From the IMG/VR virus record IMGVR_UViG_2671180727_000026: a DNA stretch of 29,035 nt; one strand, given 5' to 3'. Every line of letters begins with the position of its first letter. The first letter of the stretch is position 1. This document shows positions 1 to 12,923 of this stretch, in pieces. Under the pieces are notes generated by a model that saw only the letters and a program-made list of their open reading frames with translations, searched no databases and was not told the origin of the DNA. The DNA is from a virus. Its lineage: Duplodnaviria; Heunggongvirae; Uroviricota; Caudoviricetes. A program made the translations under genes and the position numbers.

Positions 1-192
1 TTAATCCCCCACCAGCTTACTTTCTTCCTCAATGAGGAAACTAGCGACACTTCCCGAAAGGCGCGCCAGTAGGCTCGCCAGCGCGGATATATCAGCATCT
101 GTAATTTTGTTCGGGTATACCTCAAGAAGGCGGCAAATAATTTCTGTCTGGTGCGCACGTTCAGCGGCTTCGTGTAATGTGATTTCCTGCAT
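1..192 (-). CDS. hypothetical small protein (63 aa)
   Basis: Complete ORF with ATG start at 190-192 and stop at 1-3; start overlaps stop of upstream ORF by 1 nt (TAATG), suggesting translational coupling. No family recognised. Confidence 0.3.
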   Translation of the reverse strand: MQEITLHEAAERAHQTEIICRLLEVYPNKITDADISALASLLARLSGSVASFLIEEESKLVGD

Positions 193-377
193 TAATGCAC
201 CTCTTTTAATTCATACACTGCTGAAATAATGACTTGTGATAAGCCATATTCTGATGATTCGCTTCTCACCGCAGCAATAGCCGTCTGAACATTAACAGCC
301 TTCACGTTCTGAGTGATACCAATTGTGTGGCCCAGTGGGTTAACAGCTCGGGCAAATACACGGAAGGTTTTAAGCAC
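192..377 (-). CDS. hypothetical small protein (61 aa)
   Basis: ORF with GTG start; overlaps the upstream ORF end by 8 nt and the downstream ORF start by 1 nt, forming a gap-free chain on the minus strand. No family recognised. Confidence 0.28.
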   Translation of the reverse strand: MLKTFRVFARAVNPLGHTIGITQNVKAVNVQTAIAAVRSESSEYGLSQVIISAVYELKEVH

Positions 378-573
378 GGCACACCTCCTGACGAATACGG
401 GCGGCGAATACCATCACGCAGCCAGTTGGGGATTGCTGGCGGGCTTCCTGTTCGCTGATGGCCTCGATGGTAATCATGCGCGGTTGTGCCGTACTCAAGG
501 CGATAAAACGCCAGATGTATTTATTCAGGTTGTGCGGGTCCCGCCCTTGCGGGTGTGTGGTATGATTTCTCAT
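370..573 (-). CDS. hypothetical small protein (67 aa from internal ATG at 571-573)
   Basis: ORF 370..684 in the six-frame track; first ATG gives MRNHTTHPQ... Divergent from the small RHH gene on the plus strand. No family recognised. Confidence 0.25.
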   Translation of the reverse strand: MRNHTTHPQGRDPHNLNKYIWRFIALSTAQPRMITIEAISEQEARQQSPTGCVMVFAARIRQEVCRA

Positions 574-772
574 AGCTACCTCGATACTGTTGCTATCGTT
601 GGTGGTTAGAAGCCCGTTGGTGTTCCCAGCACCTTCGGGCTTTGCTTTTTTAAGTGCCCCCGTGTTAAGGTGGTCACCTAACAATGAAAAGGCTAATTCA
701 ATAGGTGGTCACTTGTCAACGATCAAACGCGATAAAAGTCCTAAGGGTGATGGGCAATCTCCACAATTCAGA

Positions 773-904
773 ATGCGAATTTCTCCAGAGCTAAAAGAGC
801 AATTCGACAAAGAAGCGCAGAGCGACGGCATAAGCCTAGCCAACTGGCTTAAAGAATTAGGGCGCAAAGAGCTGCTACGGCGCGGTATTGAACCAAAAGG
901 ATAA
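773..904 (+). CDS. small ribbon-helix-helix (Arc/CopG-like) DNA-binding protein, putative
   Basis: C-terminal part of ORF 590..904; sequence MRISPELKEQFDKEAQSDGISLANWLKELGRKELL resembles the beta-strand plus two-helix pattern of RHH regulators. Start uncertain (alternative TTG at 713 preceded by GGTGG). Immediately upstream of the SWIM gene. Confidence 0.35.
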   Translation: MRISPELKEQFDKEAQSDGISLANWLKELGRKELLRRGIEPKG

Positions 905-931
905 GAATAATTGAAGTCAAGGAGCTAACAC

Positions 932-1288
932 ATGAAATACGAATTCTTCGCAACAAGTAGCAGTAGTTTGGATGTATACATAGTCACTGTATCAAACGAT
1001 TCTGGCTCGCTAATCATGACTTGTAATTGTCCAGCAGGAAGTAAAGGTATTCTATGTAGACACCGTAAAGCTTTAATTACCGGAAAAATCCGTGGTATAT
1101 TCACTCCCCCAAGAAGGAATAATCCTGAAAAATTACAAGAAGCTATAAATTTAATAGCCACATATGGCATAGATAAAACATTAAAGTTGTACACTGATGA
1201 GTTAGAACGAGCAGAACAGACTTGGATAAGTGTTCGCGATAATTTGAGAGCAATGATAAACGCTCTTGTTGAACCACCTAAATATTGA
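932..1288 (+). CDS. SWIM zinc-finger domain protein (118 aa), function unknown
   Basis: Strong SD (AAGGAG) 7 nt upstream of ATG; motif CNCPAGSKGILCRH fits the SWIM CxCx(n)CxH signature; AT-rich coding sequence. Confidence 0.6.
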   Translation: MKYEFFATSSSSLDVYIVTVSNDSGSLIMTCNCPAGSKGILCRHRKALITGKIRGIFTPPRRNNPEKLQEAINLIATYGIDKTLKLYTDELERAEQTWISVRDNLRAMINALVEPPKY

Positions 1289-1354
1289 ACTGTTCACATT
1301 GCCTATCAGGCGATAACCTCGTATTCTGATTAAGGCTAACTATATACTCACATT

Positions 1355-1379
1355 GGCGACCAATTCTGGTCGCCTTTAT
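1355..1379 (+). terminator. rho-independent terminator downstream of the SWIM gene
   Basis: GGCGACCA-attc-TGGTCGCC stem-loop followed by TTTAT, sited between the convergent SWIM and DUF2971 genes. Confidence 0.5.
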
Positions 1380-1419
1380 CCACCATTTTTATAATATCAT
1401 AGATTAAAAGTGTTAATCC

Positions 1420-2250
1420 TTACCCCCTGAATGGAATTGATGAGGATTTAATTTCCACAGAACTAAATCCTCTTGAATCCAAGAACATTTTTATACCAGC
1501 CTCAATGAAATCATAATCGTTTGTCGGGCCAATTGTAATGCTTTTAATTGGTAACTTTCTATTATCTTTATTATCAATGATGATATAAGGGATGATCCCA
1601 TTATTATTTATTCTGAAGTGCACATCTGGCATTTTCATCCACGGAGTAAATACCAATCTAAATTCATTCTCTTCGATAAAACTAGGATGTTTAAAAAATG
1701 GGATGTATTTAGATATAAATTGATACGTAGAGACCATTGTTACAAAATGATCATTCATTTCTTTAATATTAATACCATTACAAGAAAAAAACTCTCCCAA
1801 CTCCTTACTCATCTTAGTAATATCGTTATTATTTGAATATATAACATCATGTGCAACACAATTTAAATAAATATTTTGAGAAAAGCTCACAAGTTCATCC
1901 GCATCAAACTCAATGCAAACACCCTGTTTATTTCCGTAACCTCTCCACTGACTTAACTTATCGTTTTCCTTACAAAAAGAGATGCTATAAACATGTTTAT
2001 CAATCCCTTTTTCTTTTTGTAACCTCCCTTTCTCATACATGTCAAGAGACTTGAGCAAAATAGTTTTCTTATCTTTTGGAATGATATTGTCATCAACTAT
2101 TTTAATTGTATTTCGAAAGCATTCACATCCATGGTTAGACTCCTCTTTATCATTTAAGAAATATATGTTTGTAGCCCATAAAGAATTAGAGTCTAATATA
2201 CCTTTCAAACCAAAAAGATCTGTATAATGAAATATAGCCACAATGCCCAC
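1420..2250 (-). CDS. DUF2971-family protein (276 aa), function unknown
   Basis: Long ORF in a markedly AT-rich segment; contains LSQWRGYGNKQGVCIEFD, resembling the SxWxxY...GxCIxF core I associate with DUF2971. Starts 7 nt after the AlpA stop on the same strand. Start codon GTG, exact start uncertain. Confidence 0.65.
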   Translation of the reverse strand: MGIVAIFHYTDLFGLKGILDSNSLWATNIYFLNDKEESNHGCECFRNTIKIVDDNIIPKDKKTILLKSLDMYEKGRLQKEKGIDKHVYSISFCKENDKLSQWRGYGNKQGVCIEFDADELVSFSQNIYLNCVAHDVIYSNNNDITKMSKELGEFFSCNGINIKEMNDHFVTMVSTYQFISKYIPFFKHPSFIEENEFRLVFTPWMKMPDVHFRINNNGIIPYIIIDNKDNRKLPIKSITIGPTNDYDFIEAGIKMFLDSRGFSSVEIKSSSIPFRG

Positions 2251-2257
2251 CTAATAG

Positions 2258-2488
2258 TTAAGTTGTTTCCCACTCACCTCGAATCCATGCCTGCACTTCT
2301 GAAAGACGATATGCAACAGCAGTGGAACCAATCTTGATCCGCTTAGGAAATTTTCCTTCCTTCTCCAGCTTCCAGCGTGTGCTGTTCGCAAGAGTGGTTA
2401 GCTCCCGACATTCTTTCTCACGGATCATTCGGTCAATGTTAGGAATGTACTCCAGACCCTTTTTATCAACAATTGCCATTTTTTTCAT
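2258..2488 (-). CDS. alpA: AlpA-family phage transcriptional regulator / excisionase-like protein
   Basis: Small protein with ...RELTTLANSTRWKLEKEGKFPKRIKIGSTAVAYRLSEVQAWI, matching the AlpA (prophage CP4-57 regulator) HTH pattern; lies directly downstream of a P4-type integrase. Confidence 0.8.
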   Translation of the reverse strand: MKKMAIVDKKGLEYIPNIDRMIREKECRELTTLANSTRWKLEKEGKFPKRIKIGSTAVAYRLSEVQAWIRGEWETT

Positions 2489-2489
2489 G

Positions 2490-3670
2490 CTAACCAGCCT
2501 TTTGTTTGAGGATTGTCACTTTTGAATCAGCAGCTGCGATGCTATTGAGATATGTAGTCCAGAGTTCCAGAGCATCCAGTTTTTTAGCCATAAACTTACT
2601 CCGGTTGTAAACACCTGCCACGCCAGGTAGCGCATGGCCTAACAGTTGTTCTACTACATAAAATTCAACACCGAGATCACTTAGATGAGTAGATAGCGTT
2701 CTTCTAAGGTCGTGTAGTGACCATTGTTTTTCATGGCCCAAACGTTTACCGATTTTCCCCCCAATCTTGCTTACGCTTTCTCTAATTCGCAGACTTCCCA
2801 GCACATAACCAGTATGTTTTGTCTCTTCGTGAACATCCGTTACCCACTGTCGTAAACAGTCCAAACCCAACTTTCGAGATCCCATTCGCTCCATTCTGAT
2901 AATCGGGCTTCACTCATTCGACATCCAAATACTGTACAAAGCACAAACATTTTTCGCGTGTATTCAGACATTAGTTTTAAATCAGGCTCGACAAAAATTG
3001 CCTTCCAGAGCTGGCCGAGTTCGGCTTCATCCAGAACCCGATCCCGCTTACCTGCAATCTGCCCCACATCACTCATGCGCAAATCCTTTAAAGCATCACA
3101 CGTCGCGTACTGGCGTACCCGACAAAAACGAAGAGCTAATTTAGTGTCAGAAAAAACATACGCCGCCATAACTGGTGCATTACGTTTAATTCGGTCAAAA
3201 CAGTCCAGCCATTCATATAGGTGAGTGTCATTTACGGGCAAATGACCGATATAGGGAAAGATATGCTTTCGAAATCTGCCAAGCGTTACAGCATGAGTTT
3301 TACGACGCACCTTACAGTAATTTTCATACCAGTAATTTAGTGCATCCTCCACTGTAACTGGCTTTAAGCGTTCTTCAGCCTGAATCTTAATCTGGATACG
3401 CGGATCACGTTTGTCAGCCAACCAACCACGGCACTCGTCGCGCTTTTCCCTTGCCTGTTTGAGTGACATATCAGGATATTTACCCAACGTTAGCCAGACC
3501 GGAGCAGCCCGGCCACCTGCTAACCTGTAGAAGAAAACAAAGCTCACAGCCCCTTTAGTACTCACACGAATAGAAAGCCCCTTTCCATCAGCAATGGTGA
3601 TCTGCTTTTCTCTGGGTTTCCCCAGATATCCTTTAAGCGCTTTGTCGCTCAGTTTGTTCTCGCCAGCCAT
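2490..3670 (-). pseudogene. P4-type tyrosine integrase, apparently frameshifted (N-terminal and catalytic parts in different frames)
   Basis: ORF 2840..3721 encodes the N-terminal arm/SAM-like part (GKGLSIRVSTKGAVSFVFFYR...); ORF 2490..2894 encodes the catalytic C-terminus (HDLRRT, LLGHA, VAGVYNR with the tyrosine nucleophile). They overlap at 2840-2894 in different frames. Confidence 0.75.
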
Positions 3671-3802
3671 TTTTAGCCCCAAAAAGCAATACAAGCTGCA
3701 ATACAGAGATGATTGCAACACACAGATAACGAGGAAAATTCAGTGAAAGCACCAGATAAACTTATTCTTTATTATCAAAAGATTAAGTGTAAAAACCAGC
3801 AA

Positions 3803-4078
3803 CTACACGAAAGCCTCAGAAAGCCATGCTAAGTGCTTGGGCTTGACATATCCCGGCGTAAATTCAGAGGTGGAGCCGCCACGGGAACGGATAACCTCAC
3901 CGGAAACAATCGGCGAAACGTACAGCGCCATGTTTACCAGTCCCGGAATTTGTGAGAGATAGACTTTCTCCGTAGTGAAGGGATAGCTCTCACGGAAAAA
4001 GAGACGCAGAAACAGCGGATCAAACTTAAATTTCTGCTCATTTGCCGCCAGCAGCTGGGCGGTTGTGTACATCGACAT
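3803..4078 (-). pseudogene. E: major capsid protein E, 5' remnant only (about the first 90 codons)
   Basis: Translation MSMYTTAQLLAANEQKFKFDPLFLRLFFRESYPFTTEKVYLSQIPGLVNMALYVSPIVSGEVIRSRGGSTSEFTPGYVKPKH matches the lambda gpE N-terminus, then diverges (LAWLSEAFV-stop). Lambda-like sequence ends near 3833. Confidence 0.85.
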
Positions 4079-4133
4079 AAAAAAATCCCGTAAAAAAAGC
4101 CGCACAGGCGGCCTTTAGTGATGAAGGGTAAGG

Positions 4134-4466
4134 TTAAACGATGCTGATTGCCGTTCCGGCAAACGCGGTCCGTTTTTTCGTCTCGTCGCTGGCAGCCTCC
4201 GGCCAGAGCACATCCTCATAACGGAACGTGCCGGACTTGTAGAACATCAGTGTGGTGCTGGTCTGGTCAGCATCAACCGCCAGAATGCCAACGGCAACAC
4301 CGTCGGTGGTGCCATCCCACGCAACCAGCTTACGGGTGGAGGTATCCAGCATCAGCGGGGTCATTGCAGGCGCTTTCGCACTCAATCCGCCGGGCGCGGT
4401 TGCCGTATGTGCCGGGTCACTGTTGCCCAGCGGCTGGTAATGGGTAAAGGTTTCTTTGCTCGTCAT
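4134..4466 (-). CDS. D: head decoration protein D
   Basis: [43 protein letters not shown]...AGTAISIV matches lambda gpD (110 aa). Confidence 0.9.
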   Translation of the reverse strand: MTSKETFTHYQPLGNSDPAHTATAPGGLSAKAPAMTPLMLDTSTRKLVAWDGTTDGVAVGILAVDADQTSTTLMFYKSGTFRYEDVLWPEAASDETKKRTAFAGTAISIV

Positions 4467-4475
4467 AAACATCCC

Positions 4476-5775
4476 TTACACTGGTGTGTTCAGCAAATCG
4501 TTAACGGCATCAGATGCCGGGTTACCTGCAGCCAGCGGTGCCGGTGCCCCCTGCATCAGACGATCCAGCGCAGTGTCACTGCGCGCCTGTGCACTCTGTG
4601 GTGCAGCTGCCAGAATGCGGCGGGCCGTTTCCACGGTCATACCGGGGGTTTCGGCCAGCACGCGGGCCTGTTCTTCGCGTCCGTGAGCCTCCTCACAGTT
4701 GAGGATCCCCATAATGCGGCTGTTTTCTGCCGCAACCGCAGCGGTGATCTGCGCGTTCACGTCCGGCTGCGCCGCGCTGGCGTTTTCGCCCTCCGTCGCT
4801 GGCACCACGTCAGTAACGTCAGCCTGCGAAGCAGTGGCTGAAACAGTTGTTGATTGAGTCTCTTTGGTCATTCGCCCTCCTGAGAGACGGGATTTACGTG
4901 CATCCAGTGCATCACGCATAACGGTGATCGCATCGGTACTGTTAACAAGTTCATCAGCCAGTCCGGCATCAATGGCCTCCTGACCGCTGTACACTGCAGC
5001 CTCGGTATCCAGCACAGCCTGCACGGACAGGCCGGTATATGCCGACACCTTCTGTGCAAACATCCGGCGGGTTGCATCCATCCGGGACTGCAGTGTTTCC
5101 CGGACATCATCCGGTAGATGGCTGTAGGGGTTGCCATCCACCTTATGGCTGCCGCTGTAAATCAGCGTGATTTCCACACCCTGTTTCTCCAGCGCAGCAC
5201 CGTAATTACTGTGAGCCATCATGACGCCGATGGAGCCTGTCCGGGCGGTCTGCGTGACCAGACGCCGGGAGGCGGCACTGGCAAGCAGCTGAGCTGCGCT
5301 GCAGTTCATGTCATTGGCCAGCGCCCATACCGGCTTTATGTCACGCACACGGGCGATGATGTCAGCGCAGTCAAATGCCCCTGCCACCATTCCGCCGGGC
5401 GTGTCCATATCCAGCAGAATGCCGTCCACCATCGGGTCACTGGCAGCCTGTTGCAGACGGGCGATAATGCCGTTGTAACCGGTCATCCCCGAATACGGCT
5501 GCAGCGCCCGCGTCCGGCTGACCAGCGTGCCGGAAACCGGCAGCACGGCGATGCCATTCATGACCTGATAACTGCGGGCCTGTCGTGGTCCGTCATCATT
5601 AACGGATAACGCCAGCGTCGCGGGTGCCTCTCCGGCAGTCAGGCTGTCACCGGACACCGCATCCGTCAGGCGGCTGATCCCAAGCTGGCCTGCAAGCGCA
5701 CAAAAGAAAACCCGCGCATAGGCGGGTTCAAGCATCAGCGGCTCATTAAAGGCCATGCTGGCAATATGCGGGAGA

Positions 5776-5795
<20 letters not shown>
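4476..5795 (-). CDS. C: head maturation protease / scaffold C (Nu3 nested in the same frame)
   Basis: From the GTG codon, (V)TAELRNLPHIASMAFNEPLMLEPAYARVFF... is colinear with lambda gpC (439 aa); overlaps the end of B as in lambda. Confidence 0.9.
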
Positions 5796-9476
<3,681 letters not shown>

Positions 9477-9502
<26 letters not shown>

Positions 9503-10022
9503 TCAGCAACCCCGGTATCAGTTCATCCAGCGCGGCTGCTTTGTTCATGGCTTTGATGATATCCCGTTTCAGGAAATCAACATGTCGGTTTTCCAGTTCC
9601 GGAAAACGCCGCTGCACCGACAGGGGGAGCCCGTCGAGAATACTGGCAATTTCACCTGCGATCCGCGACAACACGAAAGTACAGAATGCGGTTTCCACCA
9701 CTTCAGCGGAGTCTCTGGCATTCTTCAGTTCCTGTGCGTCGGCCTGCGCACGCGTAAGTCGATGGCGTTCGTACTCAATAGTTCCTGGCTGGAGATCTGC
9801 CTCGCTGGCCTGCCGCAGTTCTTCAACCTCCCGGCGCAGCTTTTCGTTCTCAATTTCAGCATCCCTTTCGGCATACCATCTTATAACGGCGGCAGAGTCA
9901 TAAAGCACCTCATTACCCTTGCCACCGCCTCGCAGAACGGGCATTCCCTGTTCCTGCCAGTTCTGAATGGTACGGATACTCGCACCGAAAATGTCAGCCA
10001 GCTGCTTTTTGTTGACTTCCAT
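9477..10022 (-). CDS. Nu1: terminase small subunit Nu1
   Basis: 181 aa MEVNKKQLADIFGASIRTIQNWQEQGMPVLRGGGKGNEVLYDSAAV... matches lambda Nu1 (winged HTH); 26-nt overlap with A as in lambda. Confidence 0.95.
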
Positions 10023-10199
10023 TGTTCATTCCACGGCCAAAAACAGAGAAAGGAAACGACAGAGGCCCAAAAGCTCGTTTTCAGCACCTGTCGTTTCCTT
10101 TCTTTTCAGGGGGTATTTTAAATAAAAACATTAAGTTACAACGAAGAAGAACGGAAACGCCTTAAACCGGAAAATTTTCATAAATAGCGAAAACCCGCG

Positions 10200-10211
10200 A
10201 GGTCGCCGCCC
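10200..10211. other. cosN cohesive-end site (reverse complement of GGGCGGCGACCT), flanked by cosB towards Nu1 and cosQ on the other side
   Basis: aggtcgccgccc is the exact reverse complement of the lambda 12-nt cohesive end; it lies about 180 bp upstream of Nu1, the expected cosB spacing. Confidence 0.8.
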
Positions 10212-10410
10212 CGTAACCTGTCGGATCGCCGGAAAGGACCCGCAAAATGATAATGATTATCATCTACATGTCACAACGTGCATCTACGCCATCAAACCAC
10301 GTCAAATAATCAATTATGACGCAGGTATCGTATTAATTGATCTGCATCAACTTAACGTAAAAACAACTTCAGACAATACAAATCAGTGACACTGAATACA
10401 GGGCAACCTC

Positions 10411-10644
10411 ATGTCAACGAAGAACAGAACCCGCAGAACAACAACCCGCAACATCCGCTTTCCTAACCAAATGATTGAACAAATTAACATCGCTCTTGAT
10501 CAAAAAGGGTCCGGGAATTTCTCAGCCTGGGTCATTGAAGCCTGCCGCCGAAGACTGTGCTCAGAAAAAAGAGTTTCGCCTGAAGCAAACAAAGAAAAGA
10601 GTGACATTACTGAATTGCTCAGAAAGCAGGTCAGACCAGATTGA
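10411..10644 (+). CDS. small ribbon-helix-helix-like protein (77 aa), hypothetical
   Basis: Arg/Thr-rich N-terminus followed by NIRFPNQMIEQINIALDQKGSGNFSAWVIEACRRRL, an Arc/CopG-like pattern; sits beside cos, upstream of ybcV on the same strand. Confidence 0.5.
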   Translation: MSTKNRTRRTTTRNIRFPNQMIEQINIALDQKGSGNFSAWVIEACRRRLCSEKRVSPEANKEKSDITELLRKQVRPD

Positions 10645-10701
10645 AGCAATTTAGATAATCGTGCAGACTAGGTACCTTCATATCACATGGAAGGTACTAC
10701 A

Positions 10702-11112
10702 ATGGCTCAGGTTGCCATTTTTAAACAAATATTCGATAAAGTGCGAAATAATTTAAACTATCACTGGTTTTATTCTGAACTAAAACGTCACAATGTCTCA
10801 CATTACATTTACTATTTAGCCACAGAGAATATTCATCTTGTTCTTGAAAACGATAATACGGTTTTAATAAAAGGACAGAGTAAGGTTGTAAATGTAAGAT
10901 TTTCAAAAAATAAATGCCTTATAGAAGCCACCTTAAAAGGATTCAAATCAGGAGAGTTATCATTTTACGAATACAGGAAAAATCTTGCTACAGCAGGGGT
11001 TTTCAGATGGATTACAAATATCCACGAAAACAAAAGGTATTACTATACCTTTGATAATTCATTACTCTTTACTGAGAACATTCAGAACACTACACAAATA
11101 TTTCCGCACTAA
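10702..11112 (+). CDS. ybcV: DUF1398-family protein YbcV-like
   Basis: [58 protein letters not shown]...[24 protein letters not shown] closely resembles DLP12 YbcV; AT-rich moron. Confidence 0.8.
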   Translation: MAQVAIFKQIFDKVRNNLNYHWFYSELKRHNVSHYIYYLATENIHLVLENDNTVLIKGQSKVVNVRFSKNKCLIEATLKGFKSGELSFYEYRKNLATAGVFRWITNIHENKRYYYTFDNSLLFTENIQNTTQIFPH

Positions 11113-11603
11113 ATCATAACGTCCGGTTTCTTCCGTGCCAGAACCGGACTCGCTGGCATGATGAAATATGTGTACCCGGTAACCCCGGTGTGCATCGTTA
11201 TTGATTATTCCCGCACACTCGCGCAGAAGGAGTTCCCCGTCGGGCTACGGTCTCTGTTAATACGGGAATACGGCGACGATACAGCGCATGATGTGTCAGG
11301 CTTGAATACCTTTATCCTTTAAAAGGGATATCAGTTAAGTTATCCCGTGTAGGGTATAAGCCATTATCAAAGCCACTCTGTAGGAAGTGGCTTTTGTAAT
11401 GGCAATAAAAAGCCCCGCGAATGCGAGGCTAAATCCTGGTATTTGTAATGACTGGCTCTTATCTCAACGCAGCCCCTTACCGCGCGCAAAATGCTCAATA
11501 TCAAGCATCAGCAATGAGATGTTTAATCTGGATTCACTCCAGAAGTGAGCACCACCCTGTCTACAGAGCCAGATGTGAAGGATGATGAGTAAAATTATCG
11601 CTA

Positions 11604-12071
11604 TCATCGAAGGCATTGCGTCCTGATGTATTCCTGAAGCGTTCTCAATGCTGTTTGGTCGCGGATAATTCCGTCCCGGATACCGAGAACGTTTCGTCCA
11701 GCAACTGGAGAGAGTTCGACGGTGGCATCATTGCCCATGCCGGAGGCGCTGGAGGTTTCGGCTGAGGATGGCACAGGGCATTTTCCTTTGACGAGCACCC
11801 GACCACCATTATCAAGCTTGCGCCGAAGAGCATCATTTTCAGCTTTCGCATCAGCTAACTCCTTCGTGTATTTATCATCGAGTGCATCAGCATCACGCTG
11901 GCGCTGCTGCATGTCAGTAATGGTGGCGTTCCCCTTCTCCAGTTCACTGGCCTTGTTATCGCGCTGTTCTTTGTAGGCGATTGCATTATCACGGTAATGA
12001 TTAACAGCCCATGACAGGCAGACGATGATGCAGATAACCAGAGCGGAGATAATCGCGGTTACTCTGCTCAT
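11604..12071 (-). CDS. Rz: spanin inner-membrane subunit Rz (i-spanin)
   Basis: N-terminal TM segment ([20 protein letters not shown]), coiled-coil-like body, position directly after R; an Rz1 ORF is embedded in another frame. Confidence 0.8.
   Translation of the reverse strand: MSRVTAIISALVICIIVCLSWAVNHYRDNAIAYKEQRDNKASELEKGNATITDMQQRQRDADALDDKYTKELADAKAENDALRRKLDNGGRVLVKGKCPVPSSAETSSASGMGNDATVELSPVAGRNVLGIRDGIIRDQTALRTLQEYIRTQCLR
11645..11851 (-). CDS. Rz1: spanin outer-membrane lipoprotein Rz1 (o-spanin), nested within Rz
   Basis: Signal peptide with lipobox (MVVGCSS) followed by a proline-rich mature region ([16 protein letters not shown]); entirely inside Rz in the +1 frame. Confidence 0.7.
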   Translation of the reverse strand: MRKLKMMLFGASLIMVVGCSSKENALCHPQPKPPAPPAWAMMPPSNSLQLLDETFSVSGTELSATKQH

Positions 12072-12565
12072 TGTTTCCCCCACAAACAGACTTCACGCTC
12101 AATCTCACGGCGAGTCATCAGTCCTTTCCATTGATTACCGCCAGCGTATGTCCAGCGCCGTAGCTGATCACATGCGCCTTTAATATCACCCTGGTTTATT
12201 TTGCGAAGAAGCGTCGATGTTCTGAAATTGCCAGCACCCACGTTGTAGACGAACGAGTAAAGAGCGCCGCGCGTTGTTTCCGGTATATCGACTTTGATGT
12301 ACCGGTTAATTTGTCTGGCGACAGTGGCAAGGTCTTTATTCAGGAGGGCTTTGCACTCTGCTTCGGTATACGTTTTACCGGGAATGATGTCTTTTCCTGT
12401 ATGCCCGTAACATACAGTCCATACACCAACTATGTCTTTGTAAGGATTATGTCTCACACCTTCCAGACCATCGTTACCACTTGGGCCAGTGATTAACACA
12501 GATGCTATAGCAATAGCCCCGCCACCAATAGCAGCAGCAACAGCTTTTCGTAATGATGGAGGCAT
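12068..12565 (-). CDS. R: SAR endolysin (phage-21-type lysozyme R)
   Basis: 165 aa; weakly hydrophobic Gly/Ala-rich N-terminal SAR domain ([18 protein letters not shown]), then a lysozyme-like domain; resembles R21/RrrD. Confidence 0.9.
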   Translation of the reverse strand: MPPSLRKAVAAAIGGGAIAIASVLITGPSGNDGLEGVRHNPYKDIVGVWTVCYGHTGKDIIPGKTYTEAECKALLNKDLATVARQINRYIKVDIPETTRGALYSFVYNVGAGNFRTSTLLRKINQGDIKGACDQLRRWTYAGGNQWKGLMTRREIEREVCLWGKQ

Positions 12566-12780
12566 TATTCACCTCTCGCAGCCTTGCGCTTATCTTCTTT
12601 AATCTTGAAATAAAGGTTTGTCAGGTACGTCAGCAGGCCAAATACCAGGCTACCCAGCACACCTATTGCTGCCCACTGTGAGGGCGTGACTTTATCGAGC
12701 AGCTGTAAAAACCAGTACCCGGCACTACCTGCTGAGGTGCCATAGGCGACACCCGTTGTTAACTTATCCATGGATTTCAT
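12565..12780 (-). CDS. S: class II holin (pinholin, S21/EssD-type)
   Basis: 71 aa, two TM segments; ...[62 protein letters not shown] resembles the phage 21 S holin. Confidence 0.9.
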
Positions 12781-12892
12781 AACCCCACCTCGCAGACAAA
12801 GCGGGTGTAAATTGAGGGAATACTACGAAACGTAACAGACTCGGAGTCAGTGAATAACTCAGGTATTGGGTTATCAGCTAATATCGAGACTC

Positions 12893-12923
12893 AAAAAATG
12901 GAAAAACCCGCTCGACGGCGGGT
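12893..12923 (-). terminator. rho-independent terminator-like hairpin upstream of S (possible tR'-like element)
   Basis: ACCCGC-tcgacg-GCGGGT stem-loop followed on the minus strand by TTTTTCCATTTTTT. Confidence 0.4.

Noticed and set aside
313-609. Plus-strand 98-aa ORF overlapping the minus-strand small-ORF chain
   Set aside because: The minus-strand ORFs form a gap-free translationally coupled chain, which is better evidence of coding than this isolated ORF, although this call is itself low-confidence.
1618-2227. Plus-strand ORFs (1618..1836, 1851..2054, 2039..2227) inside the DUF2971 gene
   Set aside because: Antisense to the much longer DUF2971 ORF in AT-rich sequence; low-complexity translations with no motifs.
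3671-3832. tRNA gene or att site adjacent to the P4-type integrase start
   Set aside because: P4-type integrases usually sit next to a tRNA 3' end, but no T-arm-like (GGTTCGA) or acceptor-stem pattern could be seen in this short gap; the sequence runs straight into the truncated E gene.
9541-10121. Plus-strand ORFs (9541..9903, 9582..10121) overlapping Nu1 and the cos region
   Set aside because: Antisense to the well-supported Nu1 gene and running through cosB/cosN; no recognisable product.
11161-11322. 53-codon plus-strand ORF between ybcV and Rz, in the position where lambda and DLP12 carry bor
   Set aside because: Hand translation (MKYVYPVTPVCIVIDYSRTL...) shows no signal peptide or lipobox and no resemblance to Bor; too short and unsupported to call.
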